Assembly: GCA_977018835.1 (NCBI GenBank)
Contig: OZ361260.1
Location: 2,728,001-2,792,000 of the forward strand
Source of the DNA: Minutocellus sp. GHC0000111
Taxonomy: Eukaryota
Reading direction: 5' to 3'
Length of the DNA: 64,000 nucleotides
Positions within the stretch are counted from its first letter, which is position 1. Each line of letters begins with the position of its first letter. Positions 46,122 through 56,962 of this stretch are shown here, in pieces. The translations under genes were made by a program, and so were the position numbers. Below the pieces are notes generated by a model. That model was not told the origin of the DNA. It saw only the letters and a list, made by a program, of their open reading frames with translations, and did not search any database.

Positions 46122-47624
46122 TAGAGTGATTCCACGAGACCACCGACAAAATCGCCGTAAATAGTAAGGCACTAGGAATTTTTTTTGTGCGATACTTTAT
46201 GCAGCGCAAAAATGAACCCACTAAATGGCCTCTCTCAACACGGCGAAAGCAAGGAGAATTCATCTCCACAAGAAGGCCACCAAATGATGGTATAACGATA
46301 AATAACTCCAAGCCAACCGATGTATACGCCAACTACATGCGTTAGGTGAGTATTGCATACTTGAAAGCAAACTCATTCGTACATCATGTGCTATTTTAGC
46401 AACATCTCCTCATGCCCAAAAATTTTCAATATTTTTTTACCCTCAAAATGGCAAAGAATGATGGCTGATGCTTGTCTACATCCATTTCAATCCTCCCTGA
46501 CCGGCATTACTTTCACTTGGGTAATATTGGGAGCAAGTTTGCGCCAGAGGGTCGATATTGGGCCCCATCTTTGTATCATTGTGGCCGTCACCATGGAAAG
46601 CAAAAACATCTGAAAGTAGCAAATCCCCAACTACAACCCCCTTCAAGCCTCAACCACTGTTCCTTCACGCAATATCAGCACGCACGATGCTCATTCTATA
46701 TTACATCCATCGATCTCACGTGTTGGTTTGGCCGCTTTCTCCGGTTTCGTTCCTCTCGGGCGGCAGAAGCAATGAAGGTGAAATCTGGTGCCGACATCAG
46801 ACACGGGACTTTGGGAATAGTTTTCTCTATGAATTGTCAAGAAATGCCACCACCCCCCACTCAAATGCGCTTGGTATATATATGGGTGAAGCGTCGACGG
46901 CTCAGTGCAACGGAAGTGGTGCATGGACCGCATAAAAGCATCCGGACCAACTTTCGGATGGGTGGTGTAATGGGGGTGGTAATGGCGCTGGGCCACATTT
47001 CGCGGTACAGGCACGCACCGACGCACCGCTATCGCCCAAAAATCCCTTCCAGTAATATTCAGGAAGGCATCTAGGTGGTCAGAGTGTATGCGATGGCCGG
47101 GGTGGTGCTGTACATCGGGCGAACATGGTCGTGATGGAACGTCGGAAACTGTCGAAAAAATCGGGTCTAACGCGAACGAATTTTTCAAGGCTCAAAAAAG
47201 TAATTGCAAGTCTCCTGCTGCACCACAGTGTTGTGAAAGGCTATTACAAGGGTATGGTGCCCCGTAGTCTTGATTGTTCTCAATGGGAGGCACGTCGGCG
47301 ACACATGTTGTGGCCCCATTCGTTGAACGAAATGGGTTTTGTTTCGTTATAAAGTTTGATGTATTTTTTCTTTCTTGAAACAGCACAAGTGTATTCTACG
47401 ACATAAAAATAAATTTTCAAACAATAGTGTACCAAAAGAAACACTCTAATACCGTATCTATATCATGTGCTAAAAGAGCACCAAGATCATTGTACCAACT
47501 TCCTTTTATTGTTGATTATGGTCTACAATACCCTTCTGAGTAAGGATCATCAATAAAAGGAAGTTGGTACAATGTTTACGAAACATCGCGGAGGGGGTGT
47601 CTGCTCTCTCGTGAAATCACTCTA
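46122..47624. mobile_element. 1.5-kb non-autonomous TIR DNA transposon, copy 1
   Basis: Ends tagagtgattccacgaga / tctcgtgaaatcactcta; near-identical inverted copy at 51133-52630; no transposase ORF recognised. Confidence 0.88.
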
Positions 47625-48042
47625 TAGAGACTTTTTTACTGTACCGTACCGGTAGATCTAGATCTATATACTAGAGAGGATGAAATACTACAGCTAGCTA
47701 GCCACGTAGGTCTAGCTCGTCTATTAGAGATTGCAAGACGTACGTGAGAGTGCTGGCTGGCTTCGGCAAGGAAAAATAAGTCTTACATGTAGCAAGGCAA
47801 CGGGCCATTGTAAGAAGAATGGGGCCATTGTGTCGCTCGTAAAAAAGAAAGCGGCGGAGAAACTCGCCACGTTGTCCGCATGCAGAGAACATGCCAAATA
47901 GCAATGGCCCGCATCCCATCGCATCCCATACGTGTAGCTGCATAGCTGCATCCGTAGTTATTCTTGTTTCTAGAGCGCAAAGTTTGTACGCAGCCATGAC
48001 GAAAACATCAATTGAATCGTTGCACACATGCAAATCGGCCGG
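47625..48042. repeat. Inverted duplicate of 45707-46123 (promoter region and first ~15 codons of the MOSC gene)
   Basis: Reverse-complement match with about 2 differences; both copies abut the 1.5-kb element. Confidence 0.95.
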
Positions 48043-48075
48043 AATCACTCTACATGGTGTACCTTGAATCAACGC

Positions 48076-49131
48076 CTATTGAATTAATCTCCTAGAAGCC
48101 TCAACCAAGCTTTCTCGGTCTACTGATCTAGCAACTCGAAATCGAGCACCTCCTCTCTTCTTTGGATCTGCATCTATTAGCCATATGTCCACCGTTTTTT
48201 GTATCGATTCATCAATGTCATCTTCATTTTCCTCTTCAGCTGATGATGATTCACCTTCGGTATCGAGAGCGGCCAGCGCCACTTTTGTTATAACTTCGGC
48301 ATGAGTCTGTGTGGCCATATATGTTGAAGCTTCCTCTCCTTCTTCGCTGTCATGTTCTGTGCTGTGGCTTTTTCATATCGATTCGAGAGCATCTGTTGCT
48401 TTGTCAGCTCCCTTTCCGATTGCACAATAATCACATCTGTCGACCGATCCTCCTGGGCCAGAGCGGTACAGCGCCGGCGTTCCAGGCAGTGGAATATCAC
48501 CCGCACTAACCTCCTCGTTATCGGGAACAAAGGCGCTGTTGGGTATCGGATCAATCCCTATAATAGCAGCCGAAACACCAAATGGTCTCCTCCCGTCTGT
48601 TCGTGTGAGTTGATGCTGTGCAGATCCCACTGCGTCTGCAATTTCCTTGAGGGTAGAGTGCTCTCCATTTGACATCCGAGCATTCAAACACGCTGCCCGT
48701 GCCACGTCGGCCAGGGTGGCAGAATCGCCCGAAAGACCGGAAGTGACTAAAATTGCATGATGATCGATCCGATGAACCATATCGATAAGTTGATGCGACG
48801 TGCCGGATTTTGGCTTGGCGTTCCGAACTACGCACACCACAATGCCTTGCAGCCTGCGCCCATTAGTTTCAGATGGATGCACATCTATGCAATCCAAATC
48901 GAAACATGACACTGTCTCCCCTCTACCAGCGGCAATGCTTCCATATTCCACCTGCAGAAGACGTCCCTCGGAATTGAAGGTGGTGATGCTTCGGTCATAT
49001 TCCGTAGGATTGTCAAGGCTTCCTGCTGGACGCACTGCTGGTGGTCGGCGTCGAGACCGTGCAGCGCCAGCGAGGTATGAGTTCGCGATAAGCAGCGTGA
49101 GGAACGATATGAAGCTCTTGCCTGGCGCCAT
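48076..49131 (-). CDS. Divergent 20S proteasome alpha-subunit with an N-terminal signal peptide (frameshift ~48375)
   Basis: 'YDRSITTFNSEGRLLQVEY', 'IDHH...SGLSGD', 'GRRPFGVSA.IIG', 'AIGKGA'; hydrophobic leader MAPGKSFISFLTLLIANSYLAGA. Confidence 0.85.
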
Positions 49132-49360
49132 GTTTATCGGGAGATATTGCGATAGGGACTTGGCGGTGGGAGAATGGGATGCTCACAATGCTCATGCGGT
49201 GGTTTAACGTTCTTACCAATGACCGACCGCGGAGCGGATTGCAACGCGTACGCAACAACGCGACACGAGCAAAAGCAATCAGCCCAACGCAACCCCCACC
49301 GGCCCACGCCGTTCCTATCCTTTGCCCATCCACTGCAATAAATGCAGCTATCATACCACC

Positions 49361-51112
49361 ATGCGCTCGTTGCTGCCATTGAATGGCGCGCCGATGCACG
49401 TTAAGAAAGGGCGGACGCAGCCCAGGCATGGCTTAAGTGGCTTTTGGTGCAGGGCGGGCACCTCACTTGTTCTGACGTACGCTTCGTTCTCGTTGTTCGC
49501 CACACATCGGCAGCACCGCAAGATTGAGGACGTTGCCTACCCCGTGACAGATGAAGCACTGGTACAGTTGGTGGAGGATGATCTATCGGTATGGGCAGAA
49601 GATTCTGGCCGGTCATCAAAGATGTCTCGTCATCGCACTGGAAGGAAAAGGCCCCGTCCATCAACGACGACAAAAAAGGGGGAAACCAATGCTGACGAGA
49701 AAAAGATCGGCAAAGCTACAGGCGTAGGCACAGTCAAGGGGCGAGGTAGGCCAACATATCATATTCCAGGCCCGGAGGATCTGCGTAAAATATGCCCCAA
49801 ATATGAATGCACGGTCGTTCACATTGATACAAGGCCATCGTCCCAACGAGAACAGAGGGAGCTGGTACGCTTTGTGAATCGAGATTTTGATCACCTCCGA
49901 TTGCTGTGGTATAGGTGTAGTCTGAATAGAGCTGCCTCCAAATTGCAGAGGGAGGGCATTCACGTCAATGGCTACTTTGTTATAAATGTTGGTGATGCAT
50001 ATATAGAAGAGGGGAAGGCCCAATTTCCGGTATGGTCCAAGGGATCGCCTGTGCAGGGTGGTGGAGCTGAGGGCACTCTCGATGTGATGATGCCCTATGA
50101 AGAGCTTCTTTGGTCATATCCCGCAGGCGATTTAACCACTCCATTTGCCAAAAAGAAAGCCACGGCTGTCTACAGAGGAGGTTGCACGCACCCTCGTCGC
50201 GCGGAGATGGTAGACGCCGTCCAACAAGCCTTCCCACCACCTGCATCGGATGCTGCCGTTTCTTGTAGACCCAACTTCACAAGTCTCAGCCCGAAGGAAC
50301 AGGGCAAATACCGATGTCTTTTGGACTACGATGGCAATGGTTATTCCCGAAGGATGGCTTGGTATTTGCAAACGGGGGGTGTTGTGATGAGGGGCGGTGA
50401 TATCGATGATGTGTTGTCTAGAATCGCAAGAAAACGCAGTCGGAATGGGCGCGGCAAGGAAGCACCTCCTGTCCTTTTTTGGAAATGGAATGAGGAGGGG
50501 GGTGGGAGTGACGCAAACAAAGAATCAACAAACGACGAGAGCTCTGAGGACACCGGCCTGATCTCCACTGTGCGCAAGTGTCTTTCTGATGACATATACG
50601 CCCAAGATGTGTCGAATTCGGCTCTCGATTTTTGGACGAAATATGTTCGGGAAGGTCAGCCTGTTTGGGATGGCTTTCTGGCACATTTGATTGTGGAACA
50701 GTCTCGCCGCATGACATTGACCTTGAACGAGGATGAATTCAAAGATATTGCTCCCAGTGGCGGTTCGATGGGATGGACCCAACGACGCGTCATTGGAGAG
50801 CCGCTGTTTCAAACTCTGTCCCAATCGAATTTGGTTTGCTCCGTTGTGTTCGATGCTGTCACCCCGACAGGTCAGAGTGGTAGACCGCAATGGAAGTACA
50901 TCATTACCTGCATAGCCTTATGCCTGTCGGTTCTCGCGGTATCTTTCTTGGCTGTGACCCCCTCATTTTGGAAATTGTTACAAAAAAACATCAAGAAGAC
51001 GATTTCAGCCACAGCTGTTGCTGCTGCTGCTGGTGGTGGTCGCGGCGGCGGCAAGAGTGACGCTTTTGTTCGAGTTGCAAGCCGCTTTGGACTGGCTCCA
51101 AAGTGTCGGTAG
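49361..51112 (+). CDS. Glycosyltransferase family 90 (CAP10-like) membrane protein
   Basis: 'PFAKKKATAVYRG', 'EQGKYRCLLDYDGNGYSRRM..YL.TG'; N- and C-terminal hydrophobic segments. Confidence 0.75.
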   Translation: MRSLLPLNGAPMHVKKGRTQPRHGLSGFWCRAGTSLVLTYASFSLFATHRQHRKIEDVAYPVTDEALVQLVEDDLSVWAEDSGRSSKMSRHRTGRKRPRPSTTTKKGETNADEKKIGKATGVGTVKGRGRPTYHIPGPEDLRKICPKYECTVVHIDTRPSSQREQRELVRFVNRDFDHLRLLWYRCSLNRAASKLQREGIHVNGYFVINVGDAYIEEGKAQFPVWSKGSPVQGGGAEGTLDVMMPYEELLWSYPAGDLTTPFAKKKATAVYRGGCTHPRRAEMVDAVQQAFPPPASDAAVSCRPNFTSLSPKEQGKYRCLLDYDGNGYSRRMAWYLQTGGVVMRGGDIDDVLSRIARKRSRNGRGKEAPPVLFWKWNEEGGGSDANKESTNDESSEDTGLISTVRKCLSDDIYAQDVSNSALDFWTKYVREGQPVWDGFLAHLIVEQSRRMTLTLNEDEFKDIAPSGGSMGWTQRRVIGEPLFQTLSQSNLVCSVVFDAVTPTGQSGRPQWKYIITCIALCLSVLAVSFLAVTPSFWKLLQKNIKKTISATAVAAAAGGGRGGGKSDAFVRVASRFGLAPKCR

Positions 51113-51132
51113 ATATTTCTAGATCTAGCTAG

Positions 51133-52630
51133 AGAGTGATTTCACGAGAGAGCAGACACCCCCTCCGCGATGTTTCGTAAACATTGTACGAACTTCCTTT
51201 TATTGATGATCCTTACTCAGAAGGGTATTGTAGACCATAATCAACAATAAAAGGAAGTTGGTACAATGATCTTGGTGCTCTTTTAGCACATGATATAGAT
51301 ACGGTATTAGAGTGTTTCTTTTGGTACACTATTGTTTGAAAATTTATTTTTATGTCGTAGAATACACTTGTGCTGTTTCAAGAAAGAAAAAATACATCAA
51401 ACTTTATAACGAAACAAAACCCATTTCGTTCAACGAATGGGGCCACAACATGTGTCGCCGACGTGCCTCCCATTGAGAACAATCAAGACTACGGGGCACC
51501 ATACCCTTGTAATAGCCTTTCACAACACTGTGGTGCAGCAGGAGACTTGCAATTACTTTTTTGAGCCTTGAAAAATTCGTTCGCGTTAGACCCGATTTTT
51601 TCGACAGTTTCCGACGTTCCATCACGACCATGTTCGCCCGATGTACAGCACCACCCCGGCCATCGCATACACTCTGACCACCTAGATGCCTTCCTGAATA
51701 TTACTGGAAGGGATTTTTGGGCGATAGCGGTGCGTCGGTGCGTGCCTGTACCGCGAAATGTGGCCCAGCGCCATTACCACCCCCATTACACCACCCATCC
51801 GAAAGTTGGTCCGGATGCTTTTATGCGGTCCATGCACCACTTCCGTTGCACTGAGCCGTCGACGCTTCACCCATATATATACGAAGCGCATTTGAGTGGG
51901 GGGTGGTGGCATTTCTTGACAATTCATAGAGAAAACTATTCCCAAAGTCCCGTGTCTGATGTCGGCACCAGATTTCACCTTCATTGCTTCTGCCGCCCGA
52001 GAGGAACGAAACCGGAGAAAGCGGCCAAACCAACACGTGAGATCGATGGATGTAATATAGAATGAGCATCGTGCGTGCTGATATTGCGTGAAGGAACAGT
52101 GGTTGAGGCTTGAAGGGGGTTGTAGTTGGGGATTTGCTACTTTCAGATGTTTTTGCTTTCCATGGTGACGGCCACAATGATACAAAGATGGGGCCCAATA
52201 TCGACCCTCTGGCGCAAACTTGCTCCCAATATTACCCAAGTGAAAGTAATGCCGGTCAGGGAGGATTGAAATGGATGTAGACAAGCATCAGCCATCATTC
52301 TTTGCCATTTTGAGGGTAAAAAAATATTGAAAATTTCTGGGCATGAGGAGATGTTGCTAAAATAGCACATAATGTACGAATGAGTTTGCTTTCAAGTATG
52401 CAATACTCACCTAACGCATGTAGTTGGCGTATACATCGGTTGGCTTGGAGTTATTTATCGTTATACCATCATTTGGTGGCCTTCTTGTGGAGATGAATTC
52501 TCCTTGCTTTCGCCGTGTTGAGAGAGGCCATTTAGTGGGTTCATTTTTGCGCTGTATAAAGTATCGCACAAAAAAATTCCTAGTGCCTTTTTGTCGGCGA
52601 TTTTGTCGGCGGTCTCGTGGAATCACTCTA
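51133..52630. mobile_element. 1.5-kb non-autonomous TIR DNA transposon, copy 2 (inverted relative to copy 1)
   Basis: Reverse complement of 46122-47624 with few differences. Confidence 0.88.
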
Positions 52631-53030
52631 TACGAACACCTGCTACATTGTAGCTAGCTACGCGTAGCTAGCTAGCTAGCTAGATCTAGGTAGGTAGCTC
52701 GAACAAAACATTCAGGTACGAACAAAACATTCAGGTACGAACGATTTTCATAAAGACATAGATACACGGGAGAAATAGATCTAATACCGATGCGCAGACA
52801 CAAATGCACTTCTTGTTTGTGATATTGTATTTGCTAGCAGTCGTACCAGTAATCAGTGGAGAATTCGCGGGAGACCGATGGGAGTTGGGTAGACACCGGC
52901 AGATATTCTCTCATATGTATTCTCAGTTGCAAAAACCGCGTTTGCGACAGTCGTGAGCAATTACTTGTATACAAATATAGACAACAACAAATGGCTTGCA
53001 CATCGTACTATACATAAGCGCTTGCATAAT

Positions 53031-53636
53031 TTAGAACCGCAACTTCTGGAAGAAGTAGTTGCTGCCGGCAGCCTTCTTCTCGCTGGTGACGGCCTTCTGG
53101 TTGAGGTACTTGTCCTCAAAGATCTTCTTCAGTCCCTTCTTAACATCGACCTTTCTTTCGGCGCTAGCGAGGTCAGCCTCATCAACGGCCTTCTTGAGGT
53201 CCATGTCGACGACGTATCGGGTGGGGAAGACGTGACGGACATTGATGTACTTAACAAAGGGCTTCATGGTTCTGGATCGCTTCTCAACCATATTCTTGGA
53301 CATGCCACGGGTGACCTTGCGGGGTCCTCGGGCGATGCCGGCAACGAGGCAGTGGGAGAAGTGCTTGTCATCATCACCATCCTCGATGGTCTTGACGACG
53401 ACAGCCTTCTTACCGGCGTGACGTCCAGCAAGGACGATAACAACCTTTCCGCTCTCTGTGTAAATAAAGATGAGATGAATGACACACGAGATGTTAGTAC
53501 AAGATCAACACTGGAGAACACCCGCCAATTTCGACCCAGATATGACCTCCGCACAACTGAATTGACGCGCCAACAGAGCCGAGACGGATGCGCACATCAC
53601 GAGGCATCGAAGAGCGCTTCACATCGACTTTCCCAT
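53031..53636 (-). CDS. RPL27: 60S ribosomal protein L27 (eL27); main exon 53031-~53455, short first exon tentative
   Basis: 'SGKVVIVLAGRHAGKKAVVVK...HCLVAGI', 'KPFVKYINVRHVFPTRY', 'YFFQKLRF'; ATG in a CACCATGG context at 53636, but I could not resolve the splice phase. Confidence 0.93.
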
Positions 53637-54155
53637 GGTGCGGGACGGAATCGAGACAGGTTATGAGCTATCGACCCATCTCGGATGTGCCGCCGATTAT
53701 TCCCATTCCTTCGACCACAACTCCAACGTTCGCTCAACCTTTTGTACTTGGTGCTCTACTGCTGCGTGCCAAACTTACTGATGATGGCCATTGTTATTTG
53801 TACGCTGTGGCTGGTCTGGTACCCGCTACCTTTGGACTCGAAAAGTGGAACCGCGGAATGGACACCAATGGGTTATGGGGTGACAAAGGCAGACAAAACG
53901 TTTCTTAGTCGTCAGAATAATGTCAAAAAGAAGTTTAAAAATCCTTCCCACCGACGACGAACGGACTACATTAGTAACCGGTAGGAACTGGTATCACACT
54001 CTCCAAAAATTGACTTTTCCCCAAAAGAGCCTCAATCCAAAATGAGAAGAGTAGTTTTGATCCTCGAAGCAAATGCTATGGCATATTCGCTGATTGGACG
54101 ACATGATAACACGTAGCCCCTCTTCTTCGTCGAAAAGGCACCGCCGACGAAATAT

Positions 54156-55120
54156 ATGCATTCCATTCGCTCTCATCTATGCATTTTGCCCGGCTCATTT
54201 TGCGCTAGCAAGTTTGGATCTGGTTGTTTCCAAGACGACGTCTTTCGATACCTCCACTTGGACATCGTCCACCTGGACGACATGATGAGGAGGCTATTGC
54301 AACATGTTGTACAAACACTAAAATCAAAGGAATATTATTCTTTCGAGGTGGAATGCAGCAGCCGGCGCCCAGACCTGGGGATGTCGGAAGATCGGCGCCG
54401 GCATCACAGACATCTGGAGATGCTGGGGAAAGATCCACCAACCACCAAAACCAATCGCCACCATTTTCAAAGCCCTATGAAGAAGACGAAGAGGCAAACA
54501 ACTCCCTCCCAGAAAAGCCAGGAAGCCCATCTATCAGTAAGAAAGTGCAAAAGGCGTTTGGTTATTTCCAGGAAAAGTTACCAGGCCTGAGGATACGTGT
54601 CGAACCTAGTACCAAAATCAAGTTGCGAAAGACATTCTATCCATTGGGTGCTACGATATTGAGAATTGGGGCCGATTTTGATGCTCGATTGGGGATATGG
54701 CAATTTCGCATCTCATGGGAGGATAGAATTATCGGCGGTGCATTGAATATTGTTGGTAGGGAAATCCAAATTCAAAAGAACTGGCGTTTCAGTTTGGACC
54801 AAGAAAAGATTGGCGGCCGAGAGGATTTGATTACATCAGTTCGATTCCGTGCTGCGGTTGACCTCGCTACACGCAAAGCATACGCGAAGGTGGGATTCCG
54901 ACCTGAGAGAATAAGGCCATTCAATGTTTATGACGGCTTTAGGGTTGCGAGACGCATTCCACTTGATGGAAAGAGGGACCGAATCAAGTTGGAATTGAAG
55001 GCTCGCTTAGCACTACCTGAACCAGAAGTTGGATTTAGCACAGAAGCATCCAAAATTCTAGTCGGCCTTGGGGATGTGGAGATGACTCTTGAAGAGCTCA
55101 ACCTTCTTGTCGACTACTAG
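54156..55120 (+). CDS. Hypothetical protein with a beta-strand-rich basic C-terminal domain; start uncertain
   Basis: 298-aa open frame 54224-55120 with alternating hydrophobic/polar strands; hydrophobic leader-like sequence just upstream in another frame. Confidence 0.6.
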
Positions 55121-55184
55121 CAAAGAGGGGTTTCAATATTAGAAAGAGGTATTGGATTGCATCTCGTAGTTGTCTTCTATCTAT

Positions 55185-56762
55185 CTATATACAGCTAATG
55201 ACATTCTTTGCTGATTTGTAATATATACTGTATGTGTAATCATGTAGCAGCTTGTATTGTACCGGTGTGGGTCTCCTTCTGCCATTGTCGAAAGAGTCGA
55301 ACCAGTTATCGTCACAACCCGACCCCCTATCATTTCGCCCCGGGAGAGTCATAAATCTATAATAGCATACCTCTTCATTCTCTCTGGCTTCCTTCAGTGG
55401 TGGTAATTTCACCGAAACTAGAGATCTCTCTCCCCCTTCTGTTCCGTTTGTAATTTTGTTAAGGTCGCGTCGCAAAAACTGCACAACCTGCTTTGCCGAT
55501 GGTCGATCTTCTGGTCTATGTCTCCAACATGCCTCAAGCGCCTTGATTATGGATTGGGTCGGCGCATCGGCGTGTCGGACGATTCTTTCTGGTACTTGTG
55601 GTCGCGAACCCTTAAAGATTAGCTGCTTGCACTTCTCCTTATCCAACTCACCCTCCCACATAAGAGACGATGTCAATAAATGATATATTTCTGCTCCAAG
55701 GCTGTATACCTCTGACATATCCATACGAATAGGAACATGCTGCATCTCAGGGTAACACCAAGCCAAATATTCGGGCGATTTGTATTTCCACGGATCGAGT
55801 GCCATGTCACTTCCAGTTGCTTTGCATTGCTCATTGGTCTTTGGGTGTTTTGGTATAAGAAAACCATAGGTAAAATCATTCAGTCGGTACTGACCCCCAA
55901 CGAAGAGTCGTTGGCTTGAATCCAAGTCGTTGTGTGCCACGCCCGCCTCATGCATCGATGCGACTCCTTCTGCAAGTTGAATGACAACTCGCAGCTTGTC
56001 AAGCGAGGTCAAATCCTCGCCGCCATTTCTAACTGAGTTGATCAGACCGTATAAATCACCACCTTCGCCAGCCTTTGGAGTCAGCACCGATGTCGAGCAA
56101 AATCCATGAATCGACATAACATATGGCGAAGAGGTGAGATGCTCCATGATTGTGGCATCGATCCGTCGATGGTAGTAATTATCCTCGGAGAATTCCGTTA
56201 GGTCCCATCGACCTGCTTTGAGGAATACTTGTTGCAATTCCAAAGGTTTCTGTCCTATTATGACGCTTTCCCCACCCTTAGCGACAATGATCAGATCTTC
56301 GGGTTGCGAATAATAGCCATGTATGTTGTTGCAGGTAGGATAGGACTTCTTTTGCCAATCATGATACTTGCAATCGTCTGTTTCCTCCCACCGATCGGAC
56401 ATCTTTTCCTCCTCGCTGAGAAAAGGTATTCTCTCCTCGTAGCCATTTTCAAGGATCGCGGTAAAATTCGAACGGACCATCACCCTCATAACAGAATGCA
56501 TCCCAGGACCGAGCCGGACTTGAACTTGACGCAGGTAACCCCGCGGTTTTGCACGACCTGAACTACTACTAGTAGTAGGTCTTCTCATTACTTTGAGTGA
56601 ATGAAGCAAAAGGAGGTGTTCCGAGTTCAGCATTTGTTGTCCTCCCAAACCCCAAGATGTGAGCAGTGCGCGGGAAACAATGCATATTGCAGCGACAAGA
56701 AATGCAGCAGGCTTTAGCCTCTGACGCCCACCAATGGTATGTGCCTGCTGCTGCTGTGGCAT
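55185..56762 (-). CDS. Membrane-anchored/secretory-pathway protein kinase-like protein (PKDCC-like diatom family)
   Basis: N-terminal TM; 'WQ..SYPTCN.IH', 'MEHLTSSPYVMSIHGFC', 'HNDL', 'LNDF', 'YKSPE', 'CW...PEDRPSA'. Confidence 0.8.
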   Translation of the reverse strand: MPQQQQAHTIGGRQRLKPAAFLVAAICIVSRALLTSWGLGGQQMLNSEHLLLLHSLKVMRRPTTSSSSGRAKPRGYLRQVQVRLGPGMHSVMRVMVRSNFTAILENGYEERIPFLSEEEKMSDRWEETDDCKYHDWQKKSYPTCNNIHGYYSQPEDLIIVAKGGESVIIGQKPLELQQVFLKAGRWDLTEFSEDNYYHRRIDATIMEHLTSSPYVMSIHGFCSTSVLTPKAGEGGDLYGLINSVRNGGEDLTSLDKLRVVIQLAEGVASMHEAGVAHNDLDSSQRLFVGGQYRLNDFTYGFLIPKHPKTNEQCKATGSDMALDPWKYKSPEYLAWCYPEMQHVPIRMDMSEVYSLGAEIYHLLTSSLMWEGELDKEKCKQLIFKGSRPQVPERIVRHADAPTQSIIKALEACWRHRPEDRPSAKQVVQFLRRDLNKITNGTEGGERSLVSVKLPPLKEARENEEVCYYRFMTLPGRNDRGSGCDDNWFDSFDNGRRRPTPVQYKLLHDYTYSIYYKSAKNVISCI

Positions 56763-56962
56763 TTCGTCTTGTAGCTACGTAGCAACCGTCATCTCATCAT
56801 CGTCGAACCAAAAATGATGTGCAGATTCGAAGATGCGGAAACTCGAAAACGCAACGCCCGCGCGACGCGCGCGCCACAGCCCTTCAACGACGGACGACGA
56901 ACAGACTGACTCGTAATTCTATTCTTTGCATTATTTTCTGGAAAGGAAAACGGCACGGCAAG

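Noticed and set aside
46386..47386. ORFs inside the 1.5-kb element as a transposase
   Set aside because: No DDE, HTH or other recognisable motif; overlapping short frames on both strands.
52700..52743. 19-bp tandem duplication (cgaacaaaacattcaggta)
   Set aside because: Only two units; ordinary local slippage.
53685..53984. 99-aa hydrophobic ORF upstream of RPL27
   Set aside because: No recognisable motif, and it lies in a likely divergent promoter region.
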